Positions 54,051-64,000 of a DNA stretch of 64,000 nt are shown here, one piece after another; the first letter of the stretch is position 1, and each line of letters starts with the position of its first letter. Origin of the DNA: Octopus sinensis (Eukaryota); the NCBI RefSeq assembly GCF_006345805.1, contig NC_042999.1, forward strand, positions 138,136,001 through 138,200,000. Direction: 5' to 3'. The notes under the pieces are model-generated. The model ran no database searches. It was not told the DNA's origin and saw only the letters and a program-made list of their open reading frames with translations. The position numbers and the translations under genes are program-made.

Positions 54051-55079
54051 GCTATGGTTGCTGACTGGTTTCAATTATTGGTGTTTGGCTTCTAGGGTAC
54101 AGTCGATCACATCAGCCCGAATGTATAGACTGGTATATATATTTTAGGCCACCTAAGAAAGAAAGGCAGAGTGGCCTTGGATGGAATTTGAACTTAGAAA
54201 ACAAAAGGATGTAACCAATTATCACAAAATATAGCATATACACAAACACAGGCATACATACATACAAGCATATATGCATACATGCAATACATACATACAT
54301 ACATACATACATACATACATACATACATACATACATACATACATACATACATACATACATACATACATACATACATACATACATACATACATACATACAT
54401 ACATACATACATACATGTAGAGAATGCTATTATTTTCGAGATACGCTTTAGGATACGATGACAGAGCAACACTCGAATTTCGTAGAATTATCTCGAATTG
54501 CGGGTATCCATATCATTTATTATACTTCTTTTATCTACAGCAATGATGTTATCTCGCTATCTGTCTTTCTTTCCATCTGTCTGTTACCCCCCTCTCTCTC
54601 TCTCTCTCTGTTACATACATTCTCTCTGTCTCATTCGCTCACAAATTACGCACACGCGCACATAAAAGCACACATACATACGTATGAATATTTACATAAA
54701 TACCAGCATTAATTTTACCACCTAATCTCCAGCAGTGAATTACACACACATACACTCTCTTTCTCTCGCCTTCTCCCCCTCTCTTTCTCTCTCTCACTCA
54801 CATGCACATACATGTTTATATATGAAATGCATCCTCTGTTGGATTTCGAGATGAATATTCAATTAATAATCTGTACCATCTCTTTGAGAAATTGATTACG
54901 TCTTCTATAGTTCTCTTAAAGCTATGGCAAACACTAGTATACTGAGGGTGCTGCTGTACTTCGTCTCCGGATGCTGGAATCAACGACTCATCAAGTGGGG
55001 AAGCAGCTGTGTAGGTGCTTCGTTCCATTCCGCCGCGTCACTAGAGCTACTCGGGGGTCAACCACCGATGTAGGTGACA

Positions 55080-55610
55080 AAACTCCTACACAACAACACG
55101 AGCATTATTGACTCAGGACTAAATGTTTCTACCATCAGTAATGCTTGTTTTTGCTGCGCCACTCTTCCCTTCTCTTAAGTCAAATATAATGGTTTACTTT
55201 CTCAGTGGCTTCCGTCAATTTTCTAACATGGTTTCTCTCCTTCACAGCCAGCCTAAGTCTTCTGAAAATCTTCCAACAGTTATCTACACAAGAAAGCATA
55301 TTGTACTCTATCCACTGTTTTCACAAAGTTTAACCAACTCACTGTATTTTCTGTCTTTCCCGAGAAAAGCATTTTCGATGTTCGTTTCTCAAGGAACTGC
55401 CAGCTTTCGGGATAACCCTGGGAAAAATTAATAATTTCTGGTTTCTTGTTAGTTTTCTCTCTGTCTGTTCGAAATCATGAAATTGCAAATATTGCATCAC
55501 CATTTTGTACTGTTGTGTCATCATCGTTGGGCGTAACAATTGGTCAGCATAGATGTTGCTCAAGTTGAGAGAGTTTGAAACATATGCGACAAGCATTTTT
55601 CTTTCAAGAA
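55080..55610 (-). mobile_element. RLE-type LINE 3' remnant (HERO/NeSL-like)
   Basis: CRIC..L.QH.C, degenerate RHN.V, then LAVP*ETNIENA...KYSELVKLCENSG*..CF.V.I.VG (ELTVPWE..KY..L..C..GW..C.PVEVG-like). Confidence 0.5.
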
Positions 55611-56415
55611 ATTTTTCCTCAACTTTGACTCAATTGTAGCTGAGGTTGCTAATAAAATATCTGGAAAATTTTTGCTGTTTAACAAAATAAAAATGTTTAA
55701 AGTGGGCAAAATGAGTATTGACTAATTTCAATAATCTCTTCTCTTTAACGGCATGATGCGTAGATGTATCAGGAAGAGAGCCACTCCAACATTTCGTGAA
55801 GAAGCTATAGAGAATATTTTATGTTGAATCTTTACATTTAGTCGAGTTTCAGTAATTTCATGTCATGTGACATTTTCCCATGATCCCTTTTCCAAGATAT
55901 TTAAAATTTCTTTTGCATTTTTGATCTTTCTCATGTCAAGGGATGGATATTGGTGTGAATGAGTCACTTTCTAAAATTGTCTTTTATATACTCAAAGAGA
56001 ACGGAGATAATTTTCTGTTATAGTGTTTTTAACGCATGTAGAGAAAATAATTTGCTTAGCTGATATAAAAGGTTTTTGTAAGGTAGGGAACATTTGTAAA
56101 AAATGCAGTAAATATTACTCATTGTGCTGCACCCTTATACAAATATTAATTCTTATCCTGGTACTTATTTTTTCCTATTGTGCAGCTTTCCCAAAACTGT
56201 ATTGAAATGTTCAGAATTGTTGTACTTCGGGATGATCTTTTCGTTTTTGTCAAATAAACACACGTACTATATATTCACTCGTTTATTAATGTTCTTATTC
56301 TAACTCATGTACATTGTCCGGAAATCTTTTGTCACACATCTGTAACTTTTCAGCGACACTTGCTGTCTTCGTGTGTGCTCTTGCTCTGCTTGTTCCATTC
56401 TTATATAAGTATCTT

Positions 56416-56637
56416 TCTCTTTTACTCTTTTACTTTTACTTGTTTCAGTCATTTGACTGCGGCCATGCTGGAGCACCGCCTTTAGTCAAGCAAATCGACC
56501 CCGGGACTTATTCTTTGTAAGCCCAGTACTTATTCTATCGGTCTCTTAGGCCGAACCGCTAAGTGACGGGGACGTAAACACCCCAGCATCGGTTGTCAAG
56601 CAATGCTAGAGGGACAAACACAGACACACAAGCATAA

Positions 56638-56670
<33 letters not shown>

Positions 56671-56840
56671 CATATATACGACAGGCTTCTTTCAGTTTCG
56701 TCTACCAAATCCACTCACAAGGCTTTGGTCGGCCCGAAGCTATAGTAGAAGACACTTGCCCAAGATGCCACGCAGTGGGACTGAACCCGGAACCATGAGG
56801 TTGGTTAGCAAGCTACTTACCACACAGCCACTCTTGCGCC
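56416..56840 (-). mobile_element. tRNA-derived CORE-type SINE, family C, with internal CA/TA microsatellite
   Basis: Head gtggctgtgtggtaag...ggttcagtccc, CORE cttgggcaagtgtcttct, (aaaagt)n tail. Confidence 0.88.
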
Positions 56841-57523
56841 ATATCTGAGTATTCCACAGACACTTGTACCCTTAAAACAACCTTTTGATAGAATCCGTGT
56901 GAAACAGTATATGTGACAAGGGCGGTCATTTGAATTATGGGTGGATTTGATGGGCTTCTCTTTAGTTTCTGGCTATGGATCAACCTGGTTATTGTAAAAC
57001 AATTGGGTCAGCTCGAGGTTATGGTAAAATATATTGACTTCAGGTACCAAGCAATAGGATCGAACTTGGGAACTTCGTCATTGCGATGTAAACGTTTCAA
57101 CTACTTGCCCATCTAGATATCTTTAAAATGACTAGCTGACCCAGGCGAGAATGCTATCGATCTGATTGATTTGGAATACTGTAGGGTTAAACAACAGCAA
57201 CAACATCGACGACCATCACACTATACTACTGCGTTACGCAATTGATATACCCATCCATACACCACCACATTAAACCAGTACCATACTAACATCAACTCCT
57301 CATATATGACATATAACAGTACACTACTCCATTCACCGAATAGCAGGTTATCACATCACTGTAGGAATAACAGTACGAGTGAACGGAGGAGCCTTTATGC
57401 AGCCGCTTGATTTCTTACTATGGCACAATAATAAAAATGCTTGTAACCTCTATATACCTCTGCTCGACCAAGGCTGACCTGCGCTAAATATCCTCCCCCT
57501 CCTCCTCCTCCTCCTCCTCCTCC

Positions 57524-57571
<48 letters not shown>

Positions 57572-58159
57572 GGAACAACAGCAGCAGCAGCAACAACAAC
57601 AATGAGAATAATATGAAGTGGTAGATGCAATGACATGTTTATTTACGTATTTACACACTAGAACACTGACAAATTAGTGTTCGTTGGCTTGCGTTGTTAT
57701 GGATTGATGTTTTTTGAGCAGAAACACTCCCTTTGCAGATAAGCTACATGAACCAAACAAAAGACACTCCAGAACTGTGAGCAATTGTGAGCTTCTAGTG
57801 TCATTGAAGAGAAAATAATTTCCTGTTTGGACTGTTTTTCAGTCATTATCTAGGATAGGTTAGGAGGTCTGATTGTCTTACTTCCTTTTGGACATTCAAG
57901 ATATGGAAACAAACAACTTGAAATAGCCTGATGGCCAGTTGAAGCTTGTTTAATACACAGTTTAAGATCGGTGTGTGTGTGTATGTGTGTAAGTGTGTAT
58001 GTATGTATGTACGTATTTACGTACGTATGTATGTATGTACATAATTACGTATGTATGTATGTATGTATGTATGTATGTATGTATGTATGTATGTATGTAT
58101 ATGTTTGTATTTACGTATGTAAAACCCAAGTATATGTAAGTACGTACATATGTTTGTAC

Positions 58160-58205
<46 letters not shown>

Positions 58206-58848
58206 ATGCATCTGTTAATATTTCATTTTAAAAATATATTTATACGGAAGGCAAATACTTCCTGTCATTTTCAAAAGTTGATTTCTAACAAGTTATGAGT
58301 TACAGAACAGTAAGGCATTAAACAACATAACGCATTTGACAAATTGTCCTTCATTTAATTATATGGTCATCAACAGAAGGTATTCCTGGAAAATTCTGCA
58401 ATAAAATTACTTCAAGTTGTTTGATTAGTGATTGTTTTCCGCTCAAAATCTATAAATATTCTATCAGTCATTCATATGTCTGCTGTATAACTATACTCTA
58501 CTAATGAGATTCAATAGGATCGAAACATGCCCACAGTTGTCACTGTACTCGCCAAAGATACGACTCACTTCCTAATGTAGGTCCACATTCAATCTCAATA
58601 TCATCTCAAAATTCGAAGTTGTCCCCTTCACCTTTCTTCGTGAAAATTACTACATCTAATGATTTTTTTGTAATTACTGATGTATTTAAAATTTATACTT
58701 TGACATAACGCAATTTTACATGTATGGAATTGCAAAAAGATTTTGTATATTTTTTAAATTAAAATTTGCAATGTTATTAGTTTTAATATTTTCTGTATTT
58801 TAAGACCTTCAACTCTTCTTGCTACTATTGAACTCTAGAAAAATGACG

Positions 58849-59012
58849 ATCTAGCAGAAACCTTATTACGCAGAACAAAATGCTTAGCGGCATATATTCT
58901 GGCTTTATGTTCTGAGTTAAAATGTCATCGAGGTCGACTTTGCCTTTCAGCTTTCAGGATCGATAAAATAAGTACTTAGTAATTTCAGGCATTGTACCTA
59001 TGGTAGAAAAGA
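58849..59012 (+). mobile_element. SINE family A, diverged
   Basis: aaatgcttagcgg...ttctgagtt...gaggtcgactttgcctttca. Confidence 0.7.
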
Positions 59013-59089
59013 TTATACAACCCAAGATCAATGTTGCTTGGCGCGGAGGAAAGGCTGTGACTATAACCTTCGCAAACAGAAATCGGTGA

Positions 59090-59512
59090 GATTTCAGGGC
59101 ATCACCTTGAAGAGTTTTAATCGGTGAGTTAGTCTCATTGGTTATTGTTTTTAAAGGCTGGTGCTTATTCTATCTGTGGCTTATGTCGAACCGCTAAGTT
59201 ACGGAGACGTATATAATCAACACCAGTTGTCAAGTGTTGGTAGGGCATAAAACAAGACACACAAACACACAAACACACAAACACACAAACACACACACAC
59301 ACACACACACACACCACACACACAAATACACACACACATACGCACACGCACACATATTCGACGGGCTTTCATTCAGTTTTCATTGACCAAATGTACTCGC
59401 GAGGCTGTGGTCGGCCCGGGGCTATATTAGAAGAGACTTGCCCAAGGTGCTACGATGTGGGACTGAACTCGGAACCATGTAACTGGAAAGCGAACCTCCT
59501 ACCACACAGCCA
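59090..59512 (-). mobile_element. SINE family C
   Basis: Homolog of 56416-56840. Confidence 0.8.
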
Positions 59513-59800
59513 ACCGCATCCCCCAGCTTCTTAGACTCAGACTGGGGCAATTTTCTAATTATAGGTGCATTAACTTACTAGTTATAGCTGTTCGCATGAA
59601 CTTTTATAATTTAATTTCCCTTATGTGCAAGACGCACCATCTTTTTGCTTCTGATAAAAATATTTTGAACTTCAAATATTTAGACCCTCCTTATTGAATA
59701 TTTATAAGAAAATAGATTCAACAACTATAAACATTTATTACTTATATAACGTATACTGAATCACGAGAACAAATATTTAAAAACCCTACTTTGAGTATAA

Positions 59801-59960
59801 TAGAAATAATTGCTACAGAAGGTAGAGTATACTGGAAACTTTATTTATCACAACGATCATTTCGGTACATTCTGCACCGCTAAGGGGCAGTGCAGAACGT
59901 GCAGAAAGTATCGTTGTGATAGTTTCCAGTATACTCTATCTTCTGTTTCAGTTATTTCTA
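59801..59960. mobile_element. MITE-like 160-bp inverted repeat
   Basis: tagaaataattgctacagaaggtagagtatactggaaact...agtttccagtatactctatcttctgtttcagttatttcta; possible TA TSD. Confidence 0.75.
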
Positions 59961-59970
59961 GTATATAGTC

Positions 59971-60135
59971 GCCATGATAGATCGGTAACCACTACATACA
60001 TTTTTTTTCTCTCCTTGTTTTTTTCTGTGTCCCTTTCTGTAGAAGAGCGTAGGCTCGAAACGTAAAAGATTTTTTCAATTCCTGAGCGTTATACACCACC
60101 TGCCTTCGTCTTTTTTTTGTGAAATCTCCCCCACC

Positions 60136-60140
<5 letters not shown>
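59971..60140 (+). mobile_element. Short PLE pLTR-like repeat with hammerhead-like motif (core CUGUAGA at ~60035)
   Basis: Homolog of 5207-5400; cttt-CTGTAGA-a-gagc-gtag-gctc-GAAAC-GTA-aaag. Confidence 0.6.
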
Positions 60141-60181
<41 letters not shown>

Positions 60182-60638
60182 GTAATGGTTAAGAGGTTCA
60201 CTTCTTAACCACGAGGTCCGGAGGCTGATCTCTCTACGTGACATCTATATAGCCTCGGATCGAATCGAAATGGGTAGATGTGAACTGCATAGGTACTCTT
60301 CCGCTGAATTCGTATAATTCAAAGATACAAACTGAGCTAAGCTGATTCTGCCAGAGAATTACGGTAGGGGTATACTGGTCTATGGAATGCACAGCCACTT
60401 ACGCTATAATTCTATGAGAAGGTGCTTTAATTGATGGAAATCAAAGATCCATAATTTTTTATGCACACTCGCGCGCACGCACACAGCATGTGTTGAGCAC
60501 GCTTCTCCTATTGGTCTGAGATAAACCAACTTGTGTGTGTATGCGCTGTGTGCGCTTCATGTTCTCTAAAATGATAAAAGAACGAAAAAGAATAAAAAAT
60601 TAATAATAATAATAATAACAACAACGACGACGACGACG

Positions 60639-60673
<35 letters not shown>

Positions 60674-60871
60674 AATAATAATAATAATATAATAATAATA
60701 ATAATAGTAATCTCTAAATAATAAAACAATGAAGGCCAAATGACAACACAAATGAAATATGAGAACAATAACAATGTAGAGACTTCACATCACGTCTAGC
60801 TGTTTCTTTTAATATATTATATTTTCTTTTTTTCTTTTTAATTTGACATGAGAGAAAGAGAGATGGAGAGA

Positions 60872-60935
<64 letters not shown>

Positions 60936-61530
60936 ATCTGTAAGACACTCGATCCATTTTCTTCAGATGACATTCTGTTTTTATGAGACTCTCCCTCTCT
61001 CTCTACTTCACATCATTCCCTGACTCGTTACTTATCTGTCATCAGAGGAGTGATAAGTTAACCGGAAGTGAGGTGTGAACATCACTATTATGAGAGATAA
61101 GTTATCTAACTTCTCTTGTCTTTTGGTCTTTTTAGTTTTTTGTTCATTTTGCTATCCGTTTGTATTAAATGTATTCTTTTCGTATTAATACAGAGTATTC
61201 AAGGGAAACCCAAAACGAATAATGAGTGACTCAATAAACTCACTTCCGGGCTTTATACCAACTTGTCCCATCACTCTCTTTCTGTCTGTGTGTATATATA
61301 TATATATATATATAATAATAAATCTCTAAGCGAGGTATAAACAGTAACTGCTCTGTAATATAAGCGGGACCAGCCATCTGAATGTGGCTAGGGACAGGGC
61401 GGGGTGGTGGGGGTGTTACTGATGCATTTAGCCCCAGGCGACTATGGACGTCACCAGGAGAGCCGACACCATCACGGTGTCCTTGCTAGCCTATAAAGGG
61501 AGATCAGCCTCTCCGAAGATACGGATGCTA

Positions 61531-61573
61531 CACACGGACCGGTTTCGAGGTGGTCGCCTCTCGTCAGCGCATG
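61531..61573 (-). ncRNA. Type I hammerhead ribozyme, canonical core (inverted arm)
   Basis: catgcg-CTGACGA-gagg-cgacca-cctc-GAAAC-cg-GTC-cgtgtg on the minus strand. Confidence 0.88.
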
Positions 61574-61656
61574 GCAAGCACCGTTCTTCGTTGAGGGTGA
61601 AAATCTATATATTTCTAGCCTGTGGAGGAAGTCCCTCAACGAAGAACGGTACTTGC

Positions 61657-61699
61657 CATGCGCTGACGAGAGGCGACCACCTCGAAACCGGTCCGTGTG
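61657..61699 (+). ncRNA. Type I hammerhead ribozyme, canonical core
   Basis: Stem I catgcg/cgtgtg, CTGACGA 61663-61669, stem II gagg/cctc, GAAA 61684-61687, palindromic ACCGGT stem III, GUC cleavage after 61693. Confidence 0.9.
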
Positions 61700-62016
61700 T
61701 AGCATCCGTATCTTCGGAGAGGCTGATCTCCCTTTACAGGCTAGCAAGGACACCGTAATGGTGTCGGCTCTCCTGGTGACGTCCATAGTCGCCTGGGGCT
61801 AAATGCATCAGTAACACCCCCACCACCCCGCCCTGTCCCTAGCCACATTCAGATGGCTGGTCCCGCTTATATTACAGAGCAGTTACTGTTTATACCTCGC
61901 TTAGAGATTTATTATTGTTATCGAACAGATTTTCGACGCCAGTGACTGTGTTTACAGTGAAAATCTATATATTTCTAGCCTGTGGAGGAAGTCCCTCAAC
62001 GAAGAACGGTGCTTGC

Positions 62017-62059
62017 CATGCGCTGACGAGAGGCGACCACCTCGAAACCGGTCCGTGTG
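62017..62059 (+). ncRNA. Type I hammerhead ribozyme, canonical core (second tandem unit)
   Basis: Identical motif 360 nt downstream; cleavage after 62053. Confidence 0.9.
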
Positions 62060-62225
62060 TAGTATCCGTATCTTCGGGGAGGTTGATCTCCCTTTACAGG
62101 CTAGCAAGGACACCGTGATGGTGTCGGCTCTCCTGGTGACGTCCATAGTCGCCTGGGGCTAAATGCATCAGTAACACCCCCACCACCCCGCCCTGTCCCT
62201 AGCCACATTCAGATGGCTGGTCCCG

Positions 62226-62278
<53 letters not shown>

Positions 62279-62391
62279 CTATATATGTGTGTATATATAC
62301 ATGTGTGTGATTATATATGTGTGTATATATGTGTATGTATATGTGTGTGTATATGTATGTGTGTATATACATATATATACACATACATATA

Positions 62392-62787
62392 GCCGTAGGC
62401 GTGGGTGTGTGGGAAGAAGTTTGCTTAATAACCACATGGTTCCAGGTTCAGTCCAACTGCGGGATACCTTGGGCAAGTGTCTTCTACTAACCACTCCGTT
62501 GTACCCCCAGTGCGAAACCTATTGGTAAGATCGGCCGTAATGGTTATATAATACTGTACACTTCGGATATGTGTGTGTGTGTCTGAATCTGTTTGTCCTC
62601 CCACTGTTGATTGACAATCGATGTTTGTGTTTGTTTCCGTAACTTAGCGGTTCGGCGAAAGGGGTCCGATACAATAAGTACCAGGTTTTAAAATAAAAAT
62701 GTACTGGGGTTGATTTGCTGGAGTAAAATTCTTCAGGGTGGTGCCCCCTGTATGGCCGCAGTCTAACGACTGAAACAAGAGGTAAAA
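62392..62787 (+). mobile_element. SINE family C
   Basis: ggttcagtcc...accttgggcaagtgtcttctacta...cttagcggttcggc...ggccgcagtctaacgactgaaacaag. Confidence 0.8.
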
Positions 62788-63294
62788 GTTATTGGATTTG
62801 GTTTGCAAAATTCTTGATATGAATCCGTGTGTTGGAACAGCTCCTGTGTCAGGCAGTTATTACGCCAATGATAAAGAACACACTTCTTTATAGTTAGTCA
62901 ATCGCTTAAATATCTAACCAACTAACTGATCGATCGTTTGTTTAATGTGTTACTTAAACAATCAATCAGTTTCTTGTTTGTCAAAATCTATTCTGCGCAA
63001 TTCATGACAGCAACAATGACATACTCCCTCTCTTCAAGGTCTGCCTTGAGTTTATACATACATACATACATACAAATACGCATTTAGATACATATACATA
63101 CTTACATATACATACACATGTATTGATTGTGAAGATGATGTTGAATGGGCCTTGACAAGAAATTTGATTGTTCTCTTAGTATAGTCAAAGCATCAGTAAA
63201 CGCTTAGTTTTTATTCAAATTGCTTTAAAATAATATTGTTGTAACATTTACATAAATTACATACATATATATATATATATTTGTATTTATATTC

Positions 63295-63600
63295 ATGTAA
63301 CATCGTCTGTTTTTCTGTCCTTGATTTCGTATACATTCGATGCTTTTTTCCAAGGAATCTAATGCTCGTAGCTTAGTTTTTCCTTGGGGCTGGCCAGATT
63401 GGAACAATCTCAAGATTAATCAGCCGAAATTGCGAGGATGATCTGGTTCTTGACTGAGGATAGAAGGCTTCGAATGACCCTGTTTTCTTCCTCCAACCTT
63501 CCCTAATTCCCTTTTTCTCCCCAACCTCCTTCACCGTTTCTATCTGTCTCTCTCGCTCTCTCTCGCTCCTTTTTCAACTTTTCTCTCTCATATTGGAAAA
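63295..63600. repeat. Interspersed pLTR-like repeat (homologous to 11990-12122)
   Basis: Shared block tttcgtatacattcg...ccttggggctggccagattgga. Confidence 0.55.
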
Positions 63601-63809
63601 TGAATTTTTAGATCACTTATGCCGCAGAAGCTTACACTAGTCAACAATTTTTGAAAAGTTGTGCGTTTCTTAAATGAGATTAGTTAATTCTTATGTATTT
63701 TCATATTCTGGACCCAAATATCACCTTGAACAATGCTTATTAGCTATAGGCTTAAAGATACACAGCGTTTGTAATTATGTTTTAAGTTCTAGTCTGTATC
63801 TACTCTCTG

Positions 63810-64000
63810 CCCTTTTACTTGACGTTTTTAGTGGGCTGATGAATCATATCTTGCCAATGTCCAGCAACAGTCTACAACCATTATTGTGCTCCATTTGCCC
63901 TGATACCGATTTTCTGTGGTTGAAATATTTTGGTGAACCTTTTCACCATGTTCGTCACTAACTACCCTACAGTTCGATGGAAAAAAAGTCTAAATGTGAG
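63810..64000 (-). mobile_element. DNA transposase C-terminal fragment, probably Chapaev3 (CMC) type
   Basis: VSDEHGEKVHQNISTTENRYQGKWSTIMVVDCCW matches the recalled SDE(Q/H)GERFHQDI..ME.RYQG.W..M.DYCW motif; family name from memory. Confidence 0.6.

Larger units (their letters stand above)
61314..62230. mobile_element. Non-LTR retrozyme-like insertion, locus 2 (360-nt unit, 1.76 tandem units plus 284-nt inverted arm)
   Basis: 61621 and 61981 are equivalent positions (360-nt period); 61314-61597 is the reverse complement of 61633-61916; sits in a (TA)n run. Confidence 0.88.

Noticed and set aside
54945-55010. Minus-strand ttgatga-gtc...gac-gaag hammerhead look-alike
   Set aside because: GAAG instead of GAAA, no stem III/NUH arrangement, and stem I is not adjacent to the core.
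39542-62230. Retrozyme tandem units as CRISPR-like or satellite arrays
   Set aside because: No repeat-spacer structure and no cas genes in a eukaryotic context; under two units per locus.

Overview
AT-rich, microsatellite-dense eukaryotic DNA with no host protein-coding gene I can support. The tRNA-derived SINE families and simple-repeat style look like an octopus (coleoid cephalopod) genome; this is inference from recalled repeat families, not a database match. The window is a transposon graveyard. It holds CR1-type LINE fragments, a near-intact Tx1/L1-clade LINE with two ORF2 frameshifts, two R4/Dong-type RLE LINEs, Penelope-like element (PLE) remnants, hAT, mariner, Tc1 and Chapaev-like DNA transposons, MITEs and many SINEs. 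The standout is a small non-coding retroelement family present at two loci (39.5-40.3 kb and 61.3-62.2 kb). It has 358/360-nt tandem units, each carrying a type I hammerhead ribozyme (HHR), which fits a non-LTR retrozyme. Both insertions share the same head-to-head fold-back architecture, and one has a 12-bp target-site duplication. The two subfamilies differ by a compensatory swap of the catalytic-core 3-8 pair (C3-G8 vs U3-A8). Three other, unrelated HHR-like motif families also occur, one preceded by a tRNA-like Pol III cassette inside a PLE terminal repeat. All alignments and folds were done by eye; nothing was computed or searched.
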